From the NCBI GenBank assembly GCA_951406725.2, contig OX597830.1, positions 33,604,001-33,668,000 of the forward strand: a stretch of DNA of 64,000 bases, in the 5' to 3' direction. The stretch is from Octopus vulgaris (taxonomy: Eukaryota). Every line of letters begins with the position of its first letter. Positions within the stretch are counted from its first letter, which is position 1. Under the pieces are notes generated by a model, which was not told the origin of the DNA, searched no databases, and saw nothing but the letters and a program-made list of their open reading frames with translations. The translations under genes were made by a program, and so were the position numbers. Positions 1-13,042 of the stretch are shown here, in pieces.

Positions 1-277
1 TATATATATATATATATATATATATATGCATGTATGTATGTATGCATACATGCAAGCATACAAACACATTCACATACACACATATACACACATACACATA
101 CACACACACACACAGCTCACACCTGCCCAAAACACACACACACACACACACACACATACACACACACATGCACGCACATGCATACGCACAATCATACTTC
201 CACATCTGCTTGAGTAAGTAATTTGAAAGCTGGTTGTTTTTAGTTTCAAGAATGAGGATAACGATAATGACGACGAC

Positions 278-341
<64 letters not shown>

Positions 342-710
342 GTGATGATGAAAGCAAATAACAACAAAACTAAGCAAAGACAAAATGTAATCCCGCATTC
401 ATCATAACTTTGGAAAGTTTTAATTATTAATTTTCTGCGGAGAAATAACCTTAAGTAACAACCGAATGGGAAAAAAAAAAAAAAATCTACATTTATGATA
501 CGTATGCCTAACACTTGCTGTATGTGTGTGTGCATGAGTGTGTGAATGTAAGTGTGTGAGTATGTGTTGACTGTATGTGTGGGTATGTGGCTGAAGATTT
601 TAAGTGAGTGTTTGTGTTGCCTTGCATGGATCTGTGTATGTATTATAGGCATATCGTGCAAAATATCATTATGTTTGTAGAGTGTATTTGGGTGTGTTTA
701 TATGTGTATA

Positions 711-754
<44 letters not shown>

Positions 755-934
755 CATGTGTGTGTGTGTGTGTGTGTAGTGCTCTAGATTTCTAGATATA
801 TGGATGAAGTTATGTAATTACAGGTGTATATATGTATGTATGTATATGATGGTATGTGTGTGTATATTTATGCATATATAATATTTGGGTGTGTGTGTGT
901 GCATATGTGTGTTTATATATGTATGAGTGTATGT

Positions 935-996
<62 letters not shown>

Positions 997-1100
997 ATTA
1001 ATGCACCTGTGTTCCTATTTGCGCTTTTATATATATATATATATATATCTGTATTTATGTAAGTATGTATGTATGTATACAGAGAGTAGATAGATATACA
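1..1100. repeat. Microsatellite-rich block: (TA)n, (CA)n, (GAT)n at 265-350, (TG)n
   Basis: Directly visible simple repeats; ORFs here are translations of them. Confidence 0.95.
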
Positions 1101-1380
1101 AACAGATAGATATACCTATGAACAAAAGAACCGTGCAACTAATTATGCTGTACAACTGGGTATTTAATTAACTTGTTCAGTGCCAACTGAGTAATTAATT
1201 CAGCAATAATATTTTTTAATATGATAATATATTATGAATTATACATGTTCGGTATTGTAAATTTGCTTTGGCATGAACAGTTAAATCTAAGCATTGTTGA
1301 GTAAAGCTAATAAGATAGAAACATAACAAAAGTTGTCTCCCTTATCAGTTAAAATGATTAAAATTAATATATACCATTAC

Positions 1381-1618
1381 ACTTTTGCTCTTTAACTTGT
1401 TTCAGTCATTTGACTGTGGCCATGCTGGAGCACTGCCTTCATAGTTGAGCAAATCGACCCCAGAGCTTATTCTTTGTAAGCCTAGTACTTATTCTATCAG
1501 TCTCTTTTGTTGAAATGCTAAGGTATGGGGAAGTATACACACTGCCATCAGTTGTCAAGCGATGCTGGGGGGGACAGACACACAAACATATACACACACA
1601 CACATATACATACATACA

Positions 1619-1660
<42 letters not shown>

Positions 1661-1703
1661 CGACAGGCTTCTTCCAATTTCCATCTACCATATCCACTCA
1701 CAA
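1381..1703 (-). mobile_element. SINE family A (cephalopod tRNA-derived), head missing
   Basis: Matches the other family A copies (ttgtttcagtcatttgactgtggccatgctggagcac...cctagtacttattctatc...), internal (CA)n(TA)n; stops before the tRNA head. Confidence 0.9.
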
Positions 1704-1740
1704 CTCTTTCATATATATATGTATATATATATGAAAGAGT

Positions 1741-2085
1741 GTGGAGGCACAATGGCCCAGTGGTTAGGGCAGCAGTCTCATGGTCATAGATCGCAGTTTC
1801 AATTCCCAGATTGTGCATTGTGAATGTTTATTGAGCAAAAACACCTAAAAGTTCCACAAGGCTCTGTCAGGTGTTGGTGGCAAACCCTGCTCTACTCTTT
1901 CACCACAATTTTCTCTCACTCTTTCTTCCTATTTCTGTTGTACCTGTATTTCAAAGGGCCGGCTGAATCTCCCAGAGAACTATGTTAAGTGTATACATGT
2001 CTTTGGAGTGCTCAGCCACTTGCACGTCAATTTCACGAGCAGGCTGTTCCATTGATTGGATCAACTGGAACCCTCAGCATCGTCT
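1741..2085 (+). mobile_element. SINE family B (tRNA-like head)
   Basis: A-box tggcccagtgg, B-box-like gtttcaattcc; colinear with the cleaner copy at 40982-41366. Confidence 0.85.
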
Positions 2086-2114
2086 TAGTATAAGAGTGTA
2101 TAAGAGTGCCATAG

Positions 2115-2475
2115 TATAAGAGTGTATAAAATATTTTTATACACAAAACGGAGACCATTGACAGGACTCCTTACATGCTAAAACAGCTAGTTAAAGCCCA
2201 AACCAAGAAAAAGAGAATTCATGAGGCATCTACATAATTGTTCATTAATTAGCAATTCTGCTGATGAGCTACAGATTCCAAATTAGTATATTTGGCAATT
2301 AATAGCAAAACTCGAGTTTGGGATTAACTAATTCATTTTTGTTCATTCTAGTGTTATAACAACATGCCTCATGAATTCTCTTTTTCGAGGTTTGGGTTTT
2401 AACTGGCTTTTTTATCATGTAAAGAATCCTGTCAAAGATCTCCTCTCCAGGTATTAATTATTATACACGCTTATA
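2115..2475. mobile_element. Fold-back element with ~110 bp imperfect inverted arms enclosing a hammerhead motif
   Basis: 2151-2229 (gagaccattgacaggactcc...gaattcatgaggcat) is the reverse complement of 2364-2442; outer tataagagtgtataa / ttatacacgcttata. Confidence 0.8.
2254..2325 (+). ncRNA. Type I hammerhead ribozyme motif, G12 mutated to A
   Basis: AAUUCUG-CUGAUGA-GCUA..UAGC-(A)AA-AC UCGA GU-U-UGGGAUU; stems I, II and III all pair. Confidence 0.7.
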
Positions 2476-2591
2476 TTTTTAAAAATATGTTGTCTTATGA
2501 CTTTTATTTATGCATGCTAACCACTGGTAATAAATTTTTTAAATTTATTTTCCTCATATTTATGATATAGATATGTATATATATTCTATTA

Positions 2592-2985
2592 TTCTTTTAT
2601 TCTTTTACTTGTTTCAGTCATTTGACTCTGGCCATGCTGGAGCACCACCTTTAGTCGAAGAAATCAACCCCAGGACTTATTCTTTGTAAGCCTAGTACTT
2701 ATTCTGTCAGTCTCTTTTGCTGAACTGCAAACTGATGGGGATGCAAACACATCAAAATCGGTTGTCAAGAGATGGTGGGGGAAGAAACACATACATACAT
2801 ATGTATATATATATATATATATATATGATGGGTTTCTTTTAGCTTCCATCTACTAAATTCATTCACAAGGCTTTGGTCAGCCAGACACTATAATAGAAGA
2901 CATTTACCCAAGATGCCATGCAGTGAGACTGAACCTGAAACCTTGTGGTTGGGAAGCAACCTTCTTACCACACAGCCACAAGCCA
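2592..2985 (-). mobile_element. SINE family A
   Basis: Colinear with 6891-7310 in reverse. Confidence 0.9.
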
Positions 2986-3764
2986 CATACTGATTGGTCA
3001 AAATACAGTTAGATCTTAATTGGCATGCTGACCAATCTGATATCTAACTCATGTGCTGATTAGTCAAAATACAGCTTATAAGATTCAGTTGTCAATTACA
3101 GAACATAATTGTCATGACATAAACCTGATGATTGTGTGAAAGTACTATTTTATTTCAATATTGTTAAATTGCAAAAATTGCAAATAATAAAATGTGAAAG
3201 TTAGACTTAGTTGGAATTCCAATGATTAATATATATATGTGTGTGTGTGTGTGAGAGTATAAGTGTGTGTGGGACGTTATCACTATGTTTGCCCCAAAAG
3301 ATTGGAGTGTTAATATTACTCCTTGTGCAAATGTTTTTTTTTTAAATGCTAATTTTTCTTTTGCTTTCTTTTTTTTTTCTCACTACTTGTGTAGTTTCGA
3401 TTTTAATTAACTGAAAGAACAGAATTATTGCCCTTTCCTGGTTTGATCAGATTTAAGCATTGCTTCAGTGTTTATGTGTCCTCAGGGCCGGAAGAGTCTT
3501 GATTAATTGAAGTTTACTGGCATGCTACATTAATCATGTTAGCACTGGCATGTGTGTGTGTGTGTGCATGTGAGTATGTATTAAAGTATTAAATCTTCTA
3601 CATTTGTAAAATAATAACTTGCGATGGTAAGAAAATATCGACCCATGGAAAGAAATGAGCAATGCATATCTTTTACCACCAGGGAAATTTGCCTTAAAGC
3701 ATTTTTTCTGATGCAATAATGATTTCACCAGTGTGCTCCCCTCAATACTATTTACAAGGCTTCA

Positions 3765-4115
3765 GTAATAGTAGTAGTAGTAGTAGTAGCAGCATCAGCA
3801 GTAGCAGTAGTAGTAGTAGTAGTAGTTGTAGTAGCAGCAGAAGCAGCAGCAGCACTAGTAGTTGTAGTAGCAGCAGCAGTACCTGTAGTGGTAGTAGTAG
3901 TAGTAGTTGTAGTGGCAGCAGCAGCAGCAGTAGTAGTTGTAGTAGTAGCAGCAGCAGCAGCAGTAGTAGTTGTAGTAGTAGCAGCAGCAGTAGTAGTACC
4001 AGTAGCAGCAGTACCAGTAGTGGTAGTAGTAGTAGTGGTAGTAGTAGTAGTAGTAGCAGTAGCAGTACCAGTAGTAGTAGCAGCAGCTGTACCAGTAGTA
4101 GTAGTAGTAGTAGAT

Positions 4116-4198
<83 letters not shown>

Positions 4199-4200
4199 TC
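3765..4200. repeat. (AGT/AGC)n trinucleotide microsatellite
   Basis: Direct; explains the poly-S/V/Y ORFs. Confidence 0.97.
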
Positions 4201-4244
4201 TTTCTGCTATAGTGGTGGTGATGGTGGTGGGACTTACTCAATTA

Positions 4245-4385
4245 CCTAGACCCCAGTGTTCAACTGATACTTATTTCATCAACCCTGAAAGGATGAGAAA
4301 GAAAGTTGACCTTGGTGGAATTTGAACTCAGTACATAGAGAGCTGAAATAAATGCTGCTGAGCAATCTGCCTGTTTGCCACCTTA
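4245..4385 (-). mobile_element. SINE family D, degenerate
   Basis: ccccagtgttcaactgatacttattt...gaaaggatga..aaagttgacc..ggaatttgaactcag; reverse of 10165-10397. Confidence 0.8.
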
Positions 4386-4432
4386 ATAACAATTATGATG
4401 ATGATGATCATAATAATAATAATAATAATAAT

Positions 4433-4973
4433 TACACAATCAGCTCCATATAGCCACAAGAGAAGTTGCTGGAAAAAATAGGTGGGGTCGACTGATGAAA
4501 GGAATGCTACCAAAAGAGACCAAGAGCACTATACTGGCAGCACAAGACCAAGCTTTAGCCTCGAACTGGAGGGTCAACCTTAGCAAAGAGCAAGTCTTTC
4601 CACTGCTGTCCCCATCACCAATAGAGTGGATGAAACCATTGCTCATATCACAAATGAATGCCCTAGTCTTGCTCAAAATCATAAGTTGTGGTGACATGAT
4701 CAGGTAGCGTAAGTGCTACATTGGAAACTGTACAAAAAATGAGGGCTACAGAAAGGTAAGATGTGATATGAGCACAAACTGCAGGGAGTGGTGGAGTTGG
4801 AGACAAGCAAAATCCTCTGGGATCTCCCAATCCAAACAGATCAGGTGCTAGAGCATAACAGACTGGACCTAGTGGTGGTGGACAAGGTGCACCACATATG
4901 CTATATAGTTAATGTTGCATGACCCTTTAACCCACGAATAATCAAGAAGGAAGGCGAAAAGATGAATAAATAA

Positions 4974-5005
<32 letters not shown>

Positions 5006-5320
5006 ATAGATACAACCCTCTTATATACAAAATAGCCTGACTATGGAAAATGAAGAAGGTGAAGATAGTGCCAATTATTGTTGGGGCTTTAGGAACAGTA
5101 TCAGAAGACATCAAGGGGAATATAAAAGAAATTGGAATAGAGTGCCCAGTAGAACTGTTACAAAACGTTTGCCTCCTTGGCACAGCTAGAATAATCAAGA
5201 AAGTATCAGATAGTGCAAAAGAACAGATTGCAGTGTAGGCGGCAGGTAGCAAGCCCGCTATGCATGCAAGACTCCATGAGCTCCTACAAAACCTGTGACA
5301 AAGAGAAATAATTCCAATGA
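4433..5320 (+). pseudogene. 5'-truncated R4/Dong-type non-LTR retrotransposon: zinc knuckle and restriction-like endonuclease C-terminus, with stops and frameshifts
   Basis: Translates ETIAHITNECPSLAQ..HDQVA.VLHW..KILWDLPIQTDQVLEHNRLDLVVVDK..KVKIVPIIVGALGTV..LLQNVCLLGTARIIKKV; flanked by (TAA)n on both sides. Confidence 0.88.
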
Positions 5321-5329
5321 TAATAATAA

Positions 5330-5545
5330 TCTTTTCTATTATAGGCACAAGGCATAAAATTTGGTAGTAAGAGACAAGTTGATGAAATCAACCTCAGTGT
5401 TTCACTGGTACTTAATTTATCGACCTCAAAAGGATGAAATGCAAAGTCGATTCTGGCAGAATTTGAACTCAGAATGTAAAGATGGATGAAATGCTGCTAA
5501 GCATCTTATCCAGTGTACTAATGATTCTGCCTGGTTGCCACCTTA
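5330..5545 (-). mobile_element. SINE family D
   Basis: Reverse match to the family D body (actggtacttaatttatcgacc..aggatgaa..caaagtcga..gaatttgaactcag). Confidence 0.85.
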
Positions 5546-5549
5546 CTAT

Positions 5550-5683
<134 letters not shown>

Positions 5684-5711
5684 TAAATGAATAAATATAT
5701 AAATAAAAAGA

Positions 5712-5940
5712 TAAAAAATATTCAGACAAATGCATAACAAAAACACCAGGACTTACAAATATATGTAACATATGGAAAATTGCACTACTGGCACTGCACA
5801 CATCCTATGCAAAACACTTTCAATACAGTAACTTTAAGAGCATCACAGCAAACCACAGCACATACCCAAGGCACATAGAGCTGCACTCGGTAGTGAAGTG
5901 AAAGCACGCTATAAAAATAAAACTACTGAATAATAATAAT
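5712..5940 (+). mobile_element. 3' end of a second R4/Dong-type element
   Basis: Reads KKYSDKCITKTPGLTNICNIWKIALL/GTAHILCKTLSIQ* (one frameshift), a typical RLE-element terminus, then a 3'UTR ending in (AAT)n. Confidence 0.7.
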
Positions 5941-6482
5941 ACTCATGGCTTCTGATCTTAACTGATTGGAAGTGTTATCATGTACATTGTTTTGTCTTGG
6001 TATAAAAGATGGGCTACAGCAAATATTCTGCTCAATACCACAGATTTGTTTGTCAGTTGTTTGACCTTAATCAGTTGAGCATGTCCCTTAGTGGCTGACG
6101 ATATGTGCATCTCTGATCATGAGCAGAAGTAGTGGGGGAGCATCATAGCCATGTGTTGAGAGGGATTCTTTGGGGTTTGAATAATTCACCTCTGGAAACA
6201 TGGCTGGTTCTTTCAACATCCTTAATCAACCCTTATTCAGGGACCTTTTGAGTAGGATGGGCTACTCAACCTGAAGAAATTTCTAACTGGGCCCCACCTA
6301 CAAGGTCATGTGCTGTTTATCTTGATATGAGATCACCATGTCGCGCACATATGGTTGTAATGCATGTGCCTAGTGTACCCTTATCAGACGGGTAGTCATG
6401 ATGGGTATATTGGGCTTTGTATATTTTACCCCAGTGTCACTTTGATGGCATGAACTGCTCTCTCACTCAATAATAATAATAA
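5941..6482 (+). mobile_element. Interspersed repeat embedded in (AAT)n, probably the non-coding part of a TAA-targeting retroelement
   Basis: Complex, GC-richer block bounded by AAT runs, ending ctctctcactc-(AAT)n; recalled as a common octopus repeat, single copy in this window. Confidence 0.5.
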
Positions 6483-6890
6483 TTTCTTTTATTAGCCACA
6501 ACAGCGAAAGATGAAATACAATACACACCAAGATGGATTTATATCAATCAAAAGAAGAGACAGATAACAAGGATATAACAGCGATAAAAACAGAATTTAG
6601 AAAAAAATAAATAAAGTCCCCAGTAGTAGGTCAAACTACCAAGGGCAATTTAGGGCTCCCTCTACATATAAAACTTCTCGGATTACTCTACTGTCTCCAA
6701 AGAATAGCAACTGCCATCATCCAGTTCCTTCCATCCTACTTAAAAAAAGCATCTTTTGTGACAACTATTTTGTTTTTTGTTGTTGTTATTACATTGATTC
6801 AATGCAACAAATCTATAGAGGAGGGATGAGCCCGATTTTATGACTGGTATGTCATTTATTTCACAGATACAAAAACAACAACTAGAGTAT

Positions 6891-7310
6891 GGCGCAGGAG
6901 TGGCTGTGTGGTAAGTAGCTTGCTAACCAACCACATGGTTCCGGGTTCAGTCCCACTGCGTGGCATCTTGGGCAAGTGTCTTCTGCTATAGCCCCAGGCC
7001 GACCAATGCCTTGTGAGTGGATTTGGTAGACGGAAACTGAAAGAAGCCTGTCGTATATGTGTATATATATGTATATATGTATCTGTGTGTATGTGTTTGT
7101 GAGTCTGTGTTTGTCCCCTTAGCATTGCTTGACAACCGATGCTGGTGTGTTTACGTCCCCGTCACTTAGCGGTTCGGCAAAAGAGACCAATAGAATAATT
7201 ACTGGGCTTACTAAGAATAAGACCCGGGGTCGATTGGCTCGACTAAAGGCGGTGCTCCAGCATGGCCGCAGTCAAATGACTGAAACAAGTAAAAGAGAGT
7301 AAAGAGAGAG
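6891..7310 (+). mobile_element. SINE family A, full length
   Basis: Head ggcgcaggagtggctgtgtggtaag (A-box)..gggttcagtccc (B-box), internal (TA)/(TG) microsatellite, tail gaaacaagtaaaagagagtaaag. Confidence 0.93.
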
Positions 7311-7393
7311 AGAGAGAGTTGAATTCATTCACATGAGGACTATAATATAATGCTAATGAATTTAGTCTGACGGAACAACTAACTTCGTGATGG

Positions 7394-7429
<36 letters not shown>

Positions 7430-7974
7430 AGACAGAGAGAGTTTTTGCTAAACTCTTGGCGTCCTTTATTGGTTGTTACTGTCATTTGCTGCATCAATTA
7501 GTTACTACTGTCATTTCATGATGTATTAAATGTTACTCCAATTGTTGAAGGTGTTAGCTGCTGCAACTTTCAGATGTCCGACATTTTGGTACCACTCTAA
7601 TTACGAAATATCACATCGACTTTTAATAAAAGCCTCCTCTTTTCTCACTTCCAAACCAAAATATGTCTCATCGCATTTGTTGTCACCAGTTGTCACCGTA
7701 CTTATTAACCTTTAGTCACCTCATTTCAATTATTGACTCTTCCTTTATTTCCTTCTTTTCCTTCTTTGTCTCTGTCTTTCTCTTTGTCTTTCTCTTCCTT
7801 TTCCTCTCTCTTTCTCTCTGTCTCTCCATCTTTCCGTTCATTCATATGGTCGTTCGTTCATTCATTAACATTTCAGCCTTGATGGTCTGTGTCACATATA
7901 CCGCTTTGCTGTCTACAGTTGGTGGTGGACAGAAGGTAGGATTGGCGACAGCAGAGGTGCTGCTACTGCCGTTG

Positions 7975-8005
7975 GTAGTAGTAGTAGTGTTAGTAGTAGT
8001 AGTGT

Positions 8006-8097
<92 letters not shown>

Positions 8098-8157
8098 ATA
8101 GTAGTAGTAGTAGTAGTAGTAGTGTTAGTAGTAGTAGTAGTTGTAGTAGTAGTAGTA
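7975..8157. repeat. (GTA)n microsatellite
   Basis: Direct. Confidence 0.97.
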
Positions 8158-8329
8158 CAGCTGGCTGTGGTGCAAGTGGAATAGTGAGAAATTGTAAGGA
8201 TTTCTTTCATTGGCCACAAGGACCCAGGACAATGGAGACAATATGAAAATGAAATAAAAAAAAGAAAACTAAGAAAAAAACCGAAGAAGCCAATGAACCA
8301 ATACTCTCACATATTAATCAATAGATAAT

Positions 8330-8950
8330 AATGGTTTAAAATGTTCTTTTGGCACCAACAAGAAAGCAATTTCAAAGAGAGGGTTTAGTAGATAACATCG
8401 ATGCAAGTGCTCAATGGGTACTTCTTTTATCGATCACAAAAGAATGAAAGGCAAAATCAACTGTGATGGGATTTGAACTCAGAAATTTAAGAAATACCAC
8501 TACGCATTCTGCCAACATGCTACCCTTATATTAATGGATAGTAATACCAATAACAGTATAAAATAACAGTTTCTAATTTAGACCCAAGGCAAGCGCTTCT
8601 TAGGGAATGAGATAACTTGATGCCATTGACCTCAGCAAATGACTGGTATTTCAGTTTATTGAACTCGAAGGTATGAAAAGCAAAGTTGCTCACAGTGTCG
8701 TTAAACTGAGAGCATATGAAAATATAGAATAATCTTTTCTGCTGTAGGCACAAGGCCTGAAATTTTGGGGAGGGGGATAATCAATTACATTGACCCCAGT
8801 GTTTTACAGGTACTTAATTTAACGACCCCGAAAAGATGGAAGGTGAAGTCAACCTCGGAGGAATTTGAACTCATAACATTGCAACAGGCGAAATACTCAC
8901 TAAGCATTTCATCCAGTGTGCTAACGATTCTGCCAGTTCACCACCTTGAT
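8330..8950 (-). mobile_element. Three adjacent SINE family D copies of differing decay (8330-8525, 8565-8720, 8735-8950)
   Basis: Repeated gaaaggcaaag..atttgaactc and gaccccagtg..ggtactt motifs. Confidence 0.75.
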
Positions 8951-10164
8951 AATATAGAGTAAGAAATATAACAAGGAAAGATCTCCCAAATGTTGCTGTC
9001 ACATAAAGTGATCTGGGGTACCCACACATAACTGCAGGTTACTCTAATATATATGAAAGACCATTGTCTTCTCCTAGTTTTTATCGCTAAACTACAACTG
9101 CACATTTAGAGGAAGCCTATTTAGTAATGGCCATATAGCCATTTCCACCCACCTTTTATAAAACTTACTGGAGGGTTGCACTTCTTTTTCTAATGGCATT
9201 TAACGATGATGATGAGGAATTAACCATCGAGGAAAAAAGGCTGTCTTCAAACTCTTCCAATGTGTCTACCATACAGCTTCCTTCACCATTGTCACCAGAG
9301 AGAGGAAGATTACTTGCTTTTCCTTAGCAAAGAAAGGCAAGGGTTTGACCATCTCGATATATTAGTCTAATTGGATACATCCTATGCATGTTAACTATGC
9401 TCAACTCAAAGCCACAAATCAGCGATACTCGGATATTGAACAAGAATATGCTGGGCTATTTCTCACTGAGCATTAAGCTCAGTCTGGTTCAGTTACTGAT
9501 GGCTCAAGCATGACCATCCCTTAGAGCATTACTAGGCTACATAATTCCTGGTCTGGAAATCTCTAAAAGAAATTATTAAGGTTCTTTTTATTAACACCAA
9601 GAATCTCACATAGACCATCATTGCGCTTGCTCTTCACTAACCTGCTGTAAAAGGCTAGGTTTAAATTTCCACTGATAAAGTCACTCAGTCAGTATATTGC
9701 AACAAATACTGAGCCATTTGAACTCAGCTTGCACTAACTCCTTTGATCATAGGTCTGTTTGATCATAGTTTATCTGGTGATAATGAAAACCATAAAGCAA
9801 TGCTAAGTAATGGACATGCCAGCCTAGGCCACTATTACCACAGTATCGAAACCATATAAAAATAATTTATAACTTAAATCAATAAATTATTAATTGTCCT
9901 TTTTGTTCTGACATGTTCTATATCAATGGTCCCTAACCATTTACCAATGTGGCCCATTTTGGACAAATCAATTTTCTTGTGACACATTTTTTATTAAATA
10001 TCTAAGGAAAAAGTATTTTTATGAAATTAAACTCATTAATAGGCATTACTTTCCTTGAAGAAATAATCTTCAGGCCTTTATTGCTTCTGTTTCTCGTCTC
10101 TTTTTTGTGTGTGTATATGTGTGTGTGTGGAGGGGGGGGCGGTCAGGGTATTAGTTGTGCCCAA

Positions 10165-10397
10165 AGGCGGCGAGCTGGCAGAAACGTTAGCATGCCGGGC
10201 GAAATGCTAGGCGGTATTTCGTCTGCGTTACGTTGTGAGTTCAAATTCCGCCGAGGTCAACTTTGCCTTTCATCCTTTCGGGTTCGATAAATTAAGTACC
10301 AGTTACGCACTGGGGTCAATGTAATCGACTTAATACCTATGTCTTTCCTTGTTTGTCCCCTCTGTGTTTAGCCCCTCGTGGGTAATAAAGAAAGAGG
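10165..10397 (+). mobile_element. SINE family D, full length
   Basis: ggcggcgagctggcagaaacgttagc..gagttcaaattcc (B-box)..ctttgcctttcatcctttcgg..gataaattaagtaccag (resembles the Meta/MESC-type central SINE domain). Confidence 0.9.
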
Positions 10398-11424
10398 TAT
10401 ATGTTGTGCCCATTCTGCATAAGCTTTGTCTTGCTGTCTTTTTATTATACAACTAAGTTGGAAATAATTATGAATTAAATCTTCGTTTAGGAATATGGTA
10501 ATGAAAAATGTCTTAAAAAATTACTTTAAAGTTGACAGAAAACACTTAAAAAAATTCTGTAAGTTAACAGAAACCATTTCCCTACCAATATTTTAAACTT
10601 TTATCATTTTCATACAAAATTTTTATCGCCATTTTGAAACAGTGAAATTCACTCTCTTGTTTCACATTAATGATAAGAATACCAAGATCTTCTGTCACTA
10701 CACATCCTTTATATATTTTACCAATCCAGCTCTACAATCCTCTTGCAATAGTTAAAGTTCCTAACTGAACAAATGCTGCTCTTGATTTATAGCCATTGAC
10801 AGTATGAAAAATATGTGACATTCAGCGGCCATTTTGAAATAGGAAAAAATAATGGATTCACTGTGTAATAAGTTTTATGTTGATATATGCATTTCTGCTT
10901 CTTAAATTACATTTGACTTAGTTTAAGATACTAGCTAGAAAGATTCTTGGTTTTCTCAGGAAAGTTTTGTCATTATTTATAAAGCAATTTTAATATTAAT
11001 CATTTCTGTAAGTGCTGTTTTTTAGTTGTTTAATTCTTCATTTTTCATCTTGACTTCCGTCAACTGTTAGTGAATTCTTATATTATACATATTATTCCCA
11101 TCAATTCTAGGATAATATCAGAATTATGTGACAATTATCAAGGACAAGATTATTTATTTTTAACATATTTTCTTTTTTGTGAATGCAAATTTAATTGCAA
11201 TAAAAGGAAGTTGAAATTGAAAAGATCTCCCCTTTTAACCTCAGTGTTATCCACTGAGAAATATATATACATATGAACAGAAGTGAGTATTCGAAATTAT
11301 TCATGTTGTTATATATATGTATAACTATAACTTTTTATTTATGAGTTTGTAATAAATAGCATCCTGGATTCTAAGCCAAGATTCAAAACCAAATCTACAT
11401 TTTTACATCAGTTTTTTTACCTAT

Positions 11425-11832
11425 TACTCTTTACTCTTTTACTTGTTTCAGTCATTTGACTGCGGCCATGCTGGAGCACCACCTTTAGTCGAGCAAATCG
11501 ACCCCAGGACTTATTCTTTGTAAGCCCAGTACTTATTCTATCGGTCTCTTTTGCCGAACCGCTAAGTGACGGGGACGTAAACACACCAGCATCGGTTGTC
11601 AAGCAATGCTAGGGGTACAAACACAGACACACAAACACACATACATATATATATATATATACATATATACGACAGGCTTCTTTCAGTTTCCGTCTACCAA
11701 ATCCACTCACAAGGCATTGATCGGCCCGGGGCTATAGCAGAAGACACTTGCTCAAGATGCCATGCAGTGGGACTGAGCCCGGAACCATGTGGTTGGTTAG
11801 CAAGCTACTTACCACACAGCCACTCCTGCACC
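11425..11832 (-). mobile_element. SINE family A, full length
   Basis: Reverse complement of 6891-7310. Confidence 0.93.
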
Positions 11833-12812
11833 ATATTGTTCTCAGCTTTTTACTTAGAAATTTACGAGTGCCAACTGTTAACCTGTAACCTTTCATATTT
11901 CTTTTTCCATTTAAGTTACTGAAAACTATGATGACTAATTTAAGTTAAAGCATTCATGTTCAGTAACTGTCTGGTTATTAAGCAACGTGACATAAGGATT
12001 ATTGAAGTACGTTGTTGAACTTAAAAAATGATTTAAGGCTTTAAAGAAATTCTTACTAATGTGTCTGACAAACACATTATGTGTTCATAATTTTGTTACA
12101 CAAGTCGGGCTGATTAGCAGGGTCTTTATTGGTATTAAATCGATCTTTCTTTGATAGTGTGACCATTTTAAAATCGATTTTCAAATGTTGATGAAATATT
12201 TATTCTTACAAGAGAATTGCCCAATATTTATATGGTTACATAATGGCTTGTCAGTCATATATTGCAATATACTAGAAGCAAATATAGTTCAGAGTTACAT
12301 TAAAAACAGAAAAGATTAGCTTTGCATAAGTGGCAGGAATAATGCTCTGTTCATTGCAGTTGAATATTCCTTTAATACAAGGCTGAGCTGCAACCAAGGT
12401 AAGTTTGTCTGTTTAAAGGACTTGTTGTCTGTGCATCAGGTGTGCACTTCTCTGATCTGATCATAATTGGCTACCTGTTTGTAAGCCAATAGGTGAGAAT
12501 ATTATTTTCATGCAACATACTTGGAGAAGGTTGAACGGGGACCAAGGATCCTGTGTTCAACTATCTCTTTTAGAACTTTCTCTAACCTCTGCTATGCCTA
12601 AGTGCTTACTACGTGCATCAAGTCCTTTGCCACCTCTGCACTGACTTTGGTGCTCTCGTACTTTTATAACTGCTATTTATGCAGGAACGTGATAGAACAT
12701 TCTATAATATGAAGCAGAGGCAGCTCATTGGGGAACTGAAGTGACCCTTATTTTCACTCAGTACTATTGATAGCATTCAATATAATGAGTCTTTTTTCTT
12801 TTAATGCTTTCT

Positions 12813-13042
12813 TTCATCATCATCATTTAATGTCCATTTTCCTTGCTGGCATGGGTTGGATGGTTTGACTGGGGACTGGTGATCCAGCAGCTGCACCAGG
12901 TTCCAATCTGATCTGGCAGAGTTTCTATAGCTGGATGCCCTTCTTAACACCAACCACTCCGAGAGTGTAGTGGGTGCTTTTACATGCCACCATCATGAGG
13001 GCCAGTCAAGCAGTACTGGCAACGGCCATGTTCAAATGGTAA
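12813..13042 (-). mobile_element. SINE family E 3' part with (GAT)n tail
   Basis: Reverse of ggcattaggaagggcatccagct..aacccatgccagcatggaaa..gatgatg. Confidence 0.85.

Noticed and set aside
3116-3152. AUAAAC-CUGAUGA-UUGUGU-GAAA GUAC UA-UUUUAU hammerhead-like string
   Set aside because: No stem II can form; at best a deleted remnant
3719-4325. Long poly-Ser/Val/Tyr ORFs, and similar ORFs at 19225, 43268, 44158, 57218 and 58538
   Set aside because: Translations of stop-free microsatellite frames; no coding signal
10620-10840. Two GCCATTTTG YY1-like motifs
   Set aside because: No CpG island or other promoter evidence
12345-12405. Possible micro-exon (ttgcag..caag/gtaagt); acceptor-like sites also at 31798 and 50149
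   Set aside because: Splice-like signals alone are common; no recognisable peptide or partner exon; needs RNA-seq
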